A stretch of 34,923 nt of DNA, from assembly GCA_043738765.1 (NCBI GenBank), contig JAYUFH010000206.1:1-34923 (forward strand), written 5' to 3'. A program made the translations under genes and the position numbers. The notes under the pieces were generated by a model, which searched no databases, was not told the DNA's origin, and saw only the letters and a list, made by a program, of their open reading frames with translations. Positions 9,284-16,972 of this stretch are shown one piece after another; the stretch's first letter is position 1; each line of letters opens with the position of its first letter. The stretch comes from Pseudomonadota bacterium (GTDB lineage Bacteria; Pseudomonadota; Gammaproteobacteria; Acidiferrobacterales; UBA6901).

Positions 9284-10723
9284 TCATTCGATGACCGCAA
9301 TGGAGTATGGAAGGCCATCGGTTGCAAACGGCGAGCCGTTCACGACCGTCAAAGCACCGCTAGTTGGGTTAATAGCGAACGCGGAGACGTCGCTCGAGCC
9401 GGCGTTCGTGACGAACAGGAACTTGCCGTCCGGCGTGACTGCGAGCGAGGAAGGGGAGCTTCCCGCGGCGTACGGAGCCCCGGTGATGGGCGTGAGTGCC
9501 CCGGAGTTCGGGTAGATTTGACCCCCGTTTGTCGGAACGATTGCAAAGGCCGAGACTGTGTTGGAGGTTTCATTCGCCACGTAGACGAACTTTCCATACG
9601 GATCGACGACCACTGCGGCGGGCCCATTGCCGGTGGCGAACGGTGAGCCGCTGACGGCAACGAGTGCTCCTCTGCTTCCGTCAATTGTGGTGTAGGCCGA
9701 CACGCTCGCGTCGCCCGCGTTCGCGACATAGACGAACCTGCCCGTGGGATCGATCGCGACCGACCGCGGCGCGCTGCCTGCCGCGAACGGCGAGCCGTTC
9801 ACGGCGGTCAGTGCCCCGCTCGTATTCGTCGAGGCGTACGCCGACACATTGTCCGAACCCGCGTTCGCGACCACGACCAGGCCGCCACCCGGACTGACGC
9901 CTAAAGAAGACGGCGAAGTTCCTGCCGGGAAAGGCGCGCCGCTGACGAGCGTGAGCGCCCCGCTTGGTTCTATCGCGTAAGCTGAGACGTCGCCGGAGTT
10001 CGCGTTGGTCACATAGACATACGGACTGAGTGGATCGGTTGCGATGGCGGAGGGACGCGCCCCGCTCGCAAATGGTGAGCCGGCAACCTCCGCCAGGGAC
10101 CCCGTTGTGGCATTGATCGCAAAGGCCGAGACGTTGCCGTCGTTCTGGTTGGTGACATAGAGGAACTTGCCCGAATAGCCGGCCGCCATGGATGAGGGCG
10201 CATTGCCCGCTGGGAACGGCGAGCTGCTCATGGGCGTCAGCGCACCGGTTGCGGCAGCTATCGTATAGCCGGAAATATTGCCTGAACCGCTATTCGCGAG
10301 GAACACAAAACGGGCGGGGCTGGCGTCAAGCGTGCAAGTGACCTTGATATTCGTGACGGCCGTGCCACCCATCACCCCGGATCCGTTCGCGACCGTGCAG
10401 GTCTGTGCGGGGTCGGTCGGCTGAGTCAGGACGGTGACTTTGTAGGATTCGCCCTTATTCAACAGCCATCCTCCGAGCAGGTCTTCGTAGGTGCCATTCC
10501 ATCCGCTTGGAAAGGTCATCCCGGTACGGTCGTTGTTCGTGAGTGTCAGGCCCGATCCAACCAGACCATTGACGGAACCGCCCAATGTATGAAGCCCACT
10601 ATTCCAATCCATAGGTCCATTCCAACTGCCAGCGCAGCCGGCTACAAGCAGCGCGCCGAACAGCGCCCCGCAAAACGCGCGTATTCCTCTCACAGCAGTT
10701 CTCCCAATTTGTGGCACAACCAC
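9284..10723 (-). CDS. Lipoprotein with an Ig-like N-terminal module and a 7-bladed lactonase-family (YVTN-like) beta-propeller
   Basis: Lipobox LLVAGC; module YKVTVLTQP...QTCTVANGSG...VTNIKVTC; seven F.YV.N...VSA.AI...GAL....GSPF..G..P repeats. The start may be GTG 10693, which has GGAG upstream. Confidence 0.88.
   Translation of the reverse strand: MVVPQIGRTAVRGIRAFCGALFGALLVAGCAGSWNGPMDWNSGLHTLGGSVNGLVGSGLTLTNNDRTGMTFPSGWNGTYEDLLGGWLLNKGESYKVTVLTQPTDPAQTCTVANGSGVMGGTAVTNIKVTCTLDASPARFVFLANSGSGNISGYTIAAATGALTPMSSSPFPAGNAPSSMAAGYSGKFLYVTNQNDGNVSAFAINATTGSLAEVAGSPFASGARPSAIATDPLSPYVYVTNANSGDVSAYAIEPSGALTLVSGAPFPAGTSPSSLGVSPGGGLVVVANAGSDNVSAYASTNTSGALTAVNGSPFAAGSAPRSVAIDPTGRFVYVANAGDASVSAYTTIDGSRGALVAVSGSPFATGNGPAAVVVDPYGKFVYVANETSNTVSAFAIVPTNGGQIYPNSGALTPITGAPYAAGSSPSSLAVTPDGKFLFVTNAGSSDVSAFAINPTSGALTVVNGSPFATDGLPYSIAVIE
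9287..10315 (-). repeat. Seven intragenic repeats of about 48 aa (beta-propeller blades)
   Basis: Seven copies of (K/R)F.YV.N....VSA(F/Y)....GAL..(V/I).G.PF..G..P.S.A..P.G counted in the translation. Confidence 0.85.
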
Positions 10724-10974
10724 CCGACTCCCGGTGCGACCGAGATCGCCGTTTCCAGCGACTCAATCGCATACTCGGTGACCGGCAACAATGGTTTGGG
10801 CATGGAGCGACTGTTTCATGGCACACCGCGCGCCGCTACGGGGTGACGCTTATACCTACCTAAGAACGACACCTACTCTGGTCGTATCTCTTTGACCTCG
10901 CTGAGGCTTCGATGAAGCTGGTTTCGCCCAGGCGTGAGCCTTAAACTCGGCGCACTGGCTAGGGGGATCGAGCT

Positions 10975-11889
10975 ATGCCGCGTACCGCCTACGACGTGAT
11001 GGATCTGAAGTCTCTGCGCTGGTTCTTCGCAGTGGCTCGGCACGGTAGTCTCACGCGAGCCGGTATCGAGCTTGATGTTGCCGAAGCAGCGGTGTCGCAA
11101 CGGGTCAAGTCGCTGGAGACTTTTCTGGGTGCCAAGCTCTACGAGGCGCGCGGCGGGAAAGTAAAACTGACCGCGGCGGGTGAGCGGACGGCGCAGCTCG
11201 CGGTCTCGCTATTCAGCGATATCGAGGCGCTTGAGCGGGCAGTGCGCGGTGCGCAGGAGACTGCTGAGATTGTGCTCTCTTCACAAGACTCCGTACTTCG
11301 TTACCTGCTGCCGGAGAAAGTGGCAGCCTTCCATCGGGCGCATCCGCTGGCGCGTCTGAGGTTGATTGCCCGGCCGGTCGCGGAAACCCTGCGCCTGGTC
11401 CGATCCAACGAGTCTGACCTCGGCGTGATTTCGGAGGTGCAGATCCCCGCCGAGCTGAGCTTTCACGCCATCGCCACGTACCCTGTGTATCTGCTGTTGG
11501 CCAAGGGACATGCGCTGGCCCGTCGCGCGCGGGAGGGCTTCCAGGCGATGGTGAGCGATGCCGTGACGGGACGCTACCCACTGATCATTCTGGAGGGGCA
11601 GCGCGAAGACTTAAGATTCCGGGCGGCCTTTGAGCGCCTCAATATTCCGTTCAATGTCGCGCTCGAAGTCAGCACCATCGATACGCTCAAGTATTACGTC
11701 GCCCACGATATGGGAATTGCGGTGATCAGCGGATTCTCTGTGACCCAGGAGGATCGCGCGCGCCTTGAAGTGCTGAAGATCCCCGACGAAGTGGGTGGTA
11801 CGACCACCTATGGGGTGCTCGTGCGGCGCGATAAGCACCATACGCCCCTGCTCAAGAGCCTGATTGACATCATGGTCAGTGCTGGCTGA
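10975..11889 (+). CDS. LysR family transcriptional regulator
   Basis: N-terminal HTH (LRWFFAVARHGSLTRAG...AVSQRVKSLE...LTAAG) and a CysB-like substrate-binding domain; GGGGGA RBS. Confidence 0.93.
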   Translation: MPRTAYDVMDLKSLRWFFAVARHGSLTRAGIELDVAEAAVSQRVKSLETFLGAKLYEARGGKVKLTAAGERTAQLAVSLFSDIEALERAVRGAQETAEIVLSSQDSVLRYLLPEKVAAFHRAHPLARLRLIARPVAETLRLVRSNESDLGVISEVQIPAELSFHAIATYPVYLLLAKGHALARRAREGFQAMVSDAVTGRYPLIILEGQREDLRFRAAFERLNIPFNVALEVSTIDTLKYYVAHDMGIAVISGFSVTQEDRARLEVLKIPDEVGGTTTYGVLVRRDKHHTPLLKSLIDIMVSAG

Positions 11890-11926
11890 CAAGCCCATCG
11901 GGCATCGCGGCATCGGTAGCGGCGCG

Positions 11927-11969
11927 TATAATAATTGCTTTACAACTACTTCTTATTGTATAACAATAA
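11927..11969 (+). promoter_or_regulatory. AT-rich promoter with palindromic operator for the DUF2975-HTH operon
   Basis: TATAAT at 11927-11932; TTGCTT (11935-11940), 18-nt spacer, TATAAC (11959-11964); palindrome TTATTGT-ATA-ACAATAA at 11953-11969 overlaps the second -10. Confidence 0.6.
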
Positions 11970-11976
11970 TAGTAGC

Positions 11977-12546
11977 ATGAACAAGAGCTCAAACCTGCTG
12001 ACGTCGTCTGGTCACGTCCCGCCGGTCAATTCGCGCCTCTGTCGCCGCCTGGGCGCCGTCGCGGCGGTAAGCGGTATCGCGTTTCTCACTATCAATTTGG
12101 TCATGTGGCTGGTGCCCGAGATGGCCCCGTCCGTTGCCCGCGGCATGGCGAATCTGCAGGACGACCCAATCACACTTACGCCGATGATCCGCCTGATCGC
12201 TCTTGTGGGCTCGACGCTGTACCTCGCGATTCTGGTCTGGGGTCTATTTGTCGCACGCAGGTTGTTAAGGCGGCTCGCTGACGGCCGGGTCTTCGAGCCC
12301 GACACCGGCGTGCTACTGCGCCGCTTCGGCATGTCTCTCGTCGTCTATGCGGGTGTCACGCCGCTCGTCGCCACGGGCATGGCCTGGCTGATCACGATGC
12401 TGAACGCACCAGGTAAGCGGCTGGTTCGTTTCGGGCTCACCGATCACGAAGTGGTACTCGCCATCATCGGCATCATCATCCTCACGACTGGCTCGGTCAT
12501 GGCCGAGGCGACCCGGATCGCAGAAGAGAACAGGCAGATCGTCTAG
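11977..12546 (+). CDS. DUF2975 family membrane protein
   Basis: Four TM segments, G.VF motif and C-terminal EA.RIAEEN.QIV, directly followed by an XRE-HTH gene (canonical pairing). ATG 11977 is preferred over TTG 11935. Confidence 0.85.
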   Translation: MNKSSNLLTSSGHVPPVNSRLCRRLGAVAAVSGIAFLTINLVMWLVPEMAPSVARGMANLQDDPITLTPMIRLIALVGSTLYLAILVWGLFVARRLLRRLADGRVFEPDTGVLLRRFGMSLVVYAGVTPLVATGMAWLITMLNAPGKRLVRFGLTDHEVVLAIIGIIILTTGSVMAEATRIAEENRQIV

Positions 12547-12548
12547 GC

Positions 12549-12764
12549 ATGCCCATTATCGTCACGCTCGACATCATGCTCGCCAAACGCAAAATGCGAT
12601 CGAAAGAGCTCGCCGAACGGATCGGGATCACCGAGGTGAATGTGTCTCTGCTGAAAAGCGGGCGCGTCAAGGGAGTGCGCTTCGAGACGCTGGCCAAGAT
12701 TTGCGAGGTGTTGGAGTGCCAGCCGGCAGAGCTGCTCGAATACAAGCGGGAGGACGAACGATAA
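12549..12764 (+). CDS. Cro/C1 (XRE) HTH transcriptional regulator, YozG-like
   Basis: MPIIVTLDIMLAKRKM...ELAERIGIT..NVSLLKSGRVKGVRFETL..IC..L.CQP.ELLEY is the YozG family signature. Confidence 0.93.
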   Translation: MPIIVTLDIMLAKRKMRSKELAERIGITEVNVSLLKSGRVKGVRFETLAKICEVLECQPAELLEYKREDER

Positions 12765-13289
12765 GCCTGAGCGCGGCTCGCGACATACCAGTTCCCGGTA
12801 AGCAGTTCTTGGGGAGGTGCAAGCAGCACCCGCTGGCGCGGTGAGGCACCCTCGGAAACAATTGCAATCCGTGGAGATGCTCAATCCAACTGGCAATCAT
12901 GAATGCTTTCACCGAACTGCTGTATCCCGGTCGTATGCCGCCAGTAACTGGACTGTAAGCACGTCTGCCGTTCAATGTCCCGTGAGTGAACTTTCCGGAA
13001 CCCAACCCTTTGGAGTTACACCGTGACCGCCCCCGTGTTCTATAACACCCCGAAGTCCTGGTTTTCCAGGGCGCGATGGCTGCGCGAATTTTTCTCAAGC
13101 CCATTTGTCGCGGCCGCGCCCAACTCATTGCAGGCGGCAAGGCGCAGTACGCCACATAGGCATGACTGTTGCGCTTTGCCCGGTTGCGTGCGCCATGCTG
13201 GAGGCTCCACGGACCGCCTGATCTCGATCAAGATTGTCCGCTTCGATGAGCTCATGGCGACGAATGAAGTCCCCGCGCCCGATGCAGCA

Positions 13290-13399
13290 AAACGAGCCTC
13301 ATCTCCGTTCCTGTTGGCAAAACCGCGCGAATGCACGGGCGCGTAGCGCCGGGAAAGCTCATCGACCTCACGCAATGGCTCCCAAGCAACAATGTTCAT
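13290..13399 (-). pseudogene. N-terminal remnant of an Hsp20/alpha-crystallin small heat-shock protein
   Basis: From ATG 13399: MNIVAWEPLREVDELSRRYAP...NRNGDE, resembling the W(D/E)PFRE..D.F N-terminus of proteobacterial sHSPs. No alpha-crystallin domain follows. Confidence 0.5.
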
Positions 13400-13538
13400 A
13401 GCGGATCTGCAAAAACACCAGGGTTGCGTAACACCATGACTGAGGCAGTCTGTATGTAAAGCGGGCTTGTTGACTCGAGGGTTGCGCGTAGCCTGATTTG
13501 GTCCGCACGCGCGCTTCACAACGCACGCACTCGCAGTC

Positions 13539-14993
13539 ATGATGCGCACCATGCCGCCCGTGGAAAGCCGTCGCCGGTTCTTGAAAAGCTCGCTATATGC
13601 CGGCGGCGGCGTATTGCTTGGTGCAGCCGGCCTGAATGGGATTTCTCCACTGATTTGGCGCGAATCCTTACCGGTCGACGGCAATCGCAGCTATTGGGCA
13701 CGAACTCAGCCGCCGCGAAATACAAAGCTGCAAAAGGACCTGGTGGTTGACGTCGCGATCGTTGGCGGGGGATTTACCGGACTTTCTACGGCCTACTACC
13801 TGCGCCAAGCCTCGCCGCAGAAAACTATTGTGGTATTGGAGGCCGAGGGATGCGGAAACGGAGCATCGGGTAGAAACGGTGGCATGGTGCTGACCATGAC
13901 GGCGGATCGCTATATGAGTTTCAGTTCCTCTCCCTTGATGGACCGGGATTTGTATGATCTGACCTCCGATAACGTCCGCTCGATCGCGCAGCTCAGTGTC
14001 GCGACTGGCATCGACTGCGAGTTGGAGACTCACGGAGCTTTGCAAGTGTTCTCCACAAAGGAAGAGGCGCGGGCCGGCCGCGAGTATGTAACGCAGGCAA
14101 GATCTCTGGGGATGCCAGTCGAATTCTGGGATGCACCGCAAACCGCCGGTGCGATTGGCAGCGACGTGTATGAGGGGGGGTACTTCGATCCGAATGGCGC
14201 CCAGGTCCATCCCATGAAATTGGTGCGGGTATTTAAAGCGGCTGCAGAAAATGCAGGCGCGTCGATTTACGAGAGTACCCCGGTGCAGAGCATAATATCG
14301 GACCGAGAGCACCAACTGCGTACGCGCGACGGCCATATCATCAGGGCTAAGGCTTTGGTGCTGGCAAGCAATGCGTTTACTCCAACTTTTGGCTATTTTC
14401 GAAATTCAATTCTGCCACTACGCGAATACCTCGCGATCACGCGCCCGCTCAGCGCAGCGGAAAGTGAGAGGATTGGCTGGCGCTCGAGGGTGCCCTTCAA
14501 CGACAGCAAGACCATGGTTTATTACTTCGGGGCGACTGCGGATCGGCGGATACATATCGGCGGAGGTAGTCCTCACTATAATTTCAACAATACCAGCCGT
14601 GGATCTGGCGGTATACGCACCCACGAATTGCAATTGCGCAAGGAATTGGTGCGCGTGTTCCCGAGGCTGGATGGCGTTGAATTCGAAACCACATGGGATG
14701 GCGTGATTGACTGGTCGCTGGATGCTTCGCCATCAGTGGGCTACACCGGCCGCTATCGAAACATTTTCTACGCCTTGGGTTACAGCGGCCACGGCGTGAA
14801 TCTGTCGTCCATATTCGGCAGAATAATTGCCGATCTCGATGCCGGCCGCGAGGCGGCTTGGCGGCGATTTCCATTCGTCAATGCGCGTATGGATTACGTG
14901 CCCAATGAACCGTTTCGCTGGCTGGCCGCAGAGGCAGGATTGGCGTGGTACAACCTGACGGAATCAGGTGCCTCACAAACTGGGCGACTCTAA
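13539..14993 (+). CDS. Tat-signal FAD-dependent oxidoreductase, DAO family (PuuB/gamma-glutamylputrescine oxidase-like)
   Basis: SRRRFLK twin-arginine motif; SYW, DVAIVGGGFTGLS, GASGRNGG, HPMKL and GYSGHGV motifs. Confidence 0.9.
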   Translation: MMRTMPPVESRRRFLKSSLYAGGGVLLGAAGLNGISPLIWRESLPVDGNRSYWARTQPPRNTKLQKDLVVDVAIVGGGFTGLSTAYYLRQASPQKTIVVLEAEGCGNGASGRNGGMVLTMTADRYMSFSSSPLMDRDLYDLTSDNVRSIAQLSVATGIDCELETHGALQVFSTKEEARAGREYVTQARSLGMPVEFWDAPQTAGAIGSDVYEGGYFDPNGAQVHPMKLVRVFKAAAENAGASIYESTPVQSIISDREHQLRTRDGHIIRAKALVLASNAFTPTFGYFRNSILPLREYLAITRPLSAAESERIGWRSRVPFNDSKTMVYYFGATADRRIHIGGGSPHYNFNNTSRGSGGIRTHELQLRKELVRVFPRLDGVEFETTWDGVIDWSLDASPSVGYTGRYRNIFYALGYSGHGVNLSSIFGRIIADLDAGREAAWRRFPFVNARMDYVPNEPFRWLAAEAGLAWYNLTESGASQTGRL

Positions 14994-15295
14994 AGTTCCG
15001 GGCTACTCAAAAGCGGGGGGCGTCGCAGCTTGAGTGCAGCCCGGTGGAGACTGCCCATATATATAGAGTGCCACCGTTTCACATAACGCACCCGCGCTCT
15101 CCTTCGTTACTCCAGAGGGACGGTGCCGCATGCGCCACATTCCCTCTGTCGAGGTGTGCGAATCCCGCTGCCAATGCCCAGCGGGAGGAGTATATTTCTT
15201 AAGTGCGACGTAAAGTTGTCTGAGTACGTCGGCGATGAACGCGGGCTGAAGACTCGCTAAACAGCAACAACATATCTCGTTGGAGGGAATTACCG

Positions 15296-15859
15296 ATGTG
15301 GACTAGAAAGTTTGTAGGAACCAGCTGCCTCGTGGCAGTACTTGGCTTAACGCTATCGGGCAGTGTGCTGGGAGATGACGATGCTGATGCCGCGCGGATC
15401 AGAATCGGTTATCAAATTGCCCCGGTGACGCTTGATTTGCCTGGTAAGAACAGAGCGCTGGTGGGCCTTGGTAGCTATATCATGAACGCACAGGGTGGCT
15501 GCAATGACTGTCATACGCATCCCTCCTATGCCCCTGGTGGCAATCCCTTTGCCGGTGAGCCGCAATTGATCAATGCTGACCAGTACCTGACTGGTGGCCG
15601 TCAATTTGGTCCGTTTACGTCGCGGAATCTGACGCCGGATCAATTTGGCCGTCCAGCGGGGCTCACCTTTGCGGAGTTCAAGAACATTATTCGCACCGGC
15701 GCTGAACCCGATCGGCCAGCAGGATCTCATCTGCCACCGATCCTGCAAGTAATGCCCTGGCCCGTGTACAGTCATATGACCGATCGGGACTTGCGCGCAA
15801 TCTATGAATACCTGCGGGCGATACCTTCGCGACCCAACAATCCAAATCCCGGCCCCTGA
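15296..15859 (+). CDS. Monoheme c-type cytochrome
   Basis: Signal peptide, CNDCH heme-binding motif, SRNLTP, MPWP (candidate distal Met) and DLRAIYEYL; GGAGG RBS at 15282-15286. Confidence 0.9.
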   Translation: MWTRKFVGTSCLVAVLGLTLSGSVLGDDDADAARIRIGYQIAPVTLDLPGKNRALVGLGSYIMNAQGGCNDCHTHPSYAPGGNPFAGEPQLINADQYLTGGRQFGPFTSRNLTPDQFGRPAGLTFAEFKNIIRTGAEPDRPAGSHLPPILQVMPWPVYSHMTDRDLRAIYEYLRAIPSRPNNPNPGP

Positions 15860-15898
15860 TAAAAACTCGACCTATGCATTGATTCGCGACAGCGAGAG

Positions 15899-15939
15899 AA
15901 CGGGGCCGGAGTCACCTGACTCTGCCCCCGTTGTTTTCT
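15899..15939 (+). terminator. Probable rho-independent terminator between convergent genes
   Basis: AACGGGG-CCG-GAGTCA / TGACTC-TGC-CCCCGTT stem (15899-15932) followed by GTTTTCT. Confidence 0.65.
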
Positions 15940-15986
15940 GCGTTCTTGTGAGAGTGCGTGCTACGCAGTTTTCTGGAACTCAACGG

Positions 15987-16877
15987 CTACCGCTGACTTA
16001 CTCCCGCCAGCTCATGCAGCAGCGGTGTCAGCCGTTGCAGATGATCATAGAGCGCATCCACGTGGCCTCCGAAACCATCCCGCACCGCTTCCTCCAGACG
16101 CAGCAATCGCTTCGGCTCATTGGCGGCGGCATAGAGCTGCGGTGCGTGGTGAAAGGGGATGATCGAGTCGCTCACGCTGTGGGCGATGACTACCGGCATG
16201 TGCACGTCGCGCATGCGTTGCAGTGAGTTGAAATGAATGCCAGCCAGCCACCGAACCGGCAAATAGGGATAGGTGTCGGCGGCGACATCAGGAATGGACG
16301 TGTACGCGCCAAACAGTACCAGCATCGCCGCGGGATGGCGGGAGGCCACAAACACAGCCGGACCGGACCCCAGCGAATGCCCCCATATGATGATCTGCCG
16401 TGGCGGCACACCCCGCCGGATCAATTCCTGGTAGGCCGCCTCCGCATCTTCGTCGATATGCAGCTCTGAGGCGACGCCGCTGCTGCGGCCAAAGCCGCGA
16501 TAATCCACGGCCAGGACATTCAGCCCCAGCGCGCGCAGTTGCTCCTCGTGGCGCAGCTGGCCGACAGAAAACGCCGAGTCCGCATTGCCATGCAGGTGCA
16601 GGACCCAGAACCCGGAATCCTGCGAGGGCTCGGCACGCAGCAACGCCGCCGCCAACGCATAACCTCCGGCGGTAGTAATGGTTGCGCTCTCGGCGCCTGC
16701 CGGCAGCTGGCCGATATCCTGCTCGTGACTGCGCTCCGCATGAAACACCAGTTCGTCCTCATGCCACTTCAGCCAACCGAGAATCGCGACCAACGCCAGC
16801 ACTGCCAGCGCAACGACAAGTTTGACTGCAGGAAGCCAATGGCGAAAGCCGCGTGATGAGGATGGGCTCATGAACAT
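15987..16877 (-). CDS. Alpha/beta hydrolase (Bem46/ABHD13-like) with N-terminal TM helix
   Basis: HGNA, DYRGFG, GHSLG nucleophile elbow, D.IIP and GGH catalytic His. Confidence 0.9.
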   Translation of the reverse strand: MFMSPSSSRGFRHWLPAVKLVVALAVLALVAILGWLKWHEDELVFHAERSHEQDIGQLPAGAESATITTAGGYALAAALLRAEPSQDSGFWVLHLHGNADSAFSVGQLRHEEQLRALGLNVLAVDYRGFGRSSGVASELHIDEDAEAAYQELIRRGVPPRQIIIWGHSLGSGPAVFVASRHPAAMLVLFGAYTSIPDVAADTYPYLPVRWLAGIHFNSLQRMRDVHMPVVIAHSVSDSIIPFHHAPQLYAAANEPKRLLRLEEAVRDGFGGHVDALYDHLQRLTPLLHELAGVSQR

Positions 16878-16902
16878 CGGAGGTTAACCAGGGGTTTCGC
16901 TT

Positions 16903-16910
16903 ATTATACT
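16903..16910. promoter_or_regulatory. Overlapping divergent -10-like hexamers
   Basis: TATAAT on the minus strand (16903-16908) and TATACT on the plus strand (16905-16910), in the 95-bp gap between divergent genes. No convincing -35 was seen. Confidence 0.3.
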
Positions 16911-16972
16911 TACTGACCATCTGCATTTCTCGCTTTGGTGCCCTGACCACGCGCCCAGGGGGGCGTTGATTT

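Noticed and set aside
8949-9327. Short ORFs 8949..9275 +, 8837..9256 - and 9007..9327 -
   Set aside because: No RBS or motif support; the protein-like signal lies in a different, start-less frame (the T4CP remnant).
11935-11976. TTG start extending DUF2975 by LYNYFLLYNNNSS
   Set aside because: This is translated promoter/operator DNA; ATG 11977 is more plausible.
12930-13060. Minus-strand peptide HGVTPKGWVPESS resembling a BON-domain fragment
   Set aside because: Too short and interrupted by stops to support without a search.
13040-13684. 214-aa minus-strand ORF as an intact gene
   Set aside because: It overlaps the start of the FAD oxidoreductase, and only the short internal Hsp20-like segment looks protein-like.
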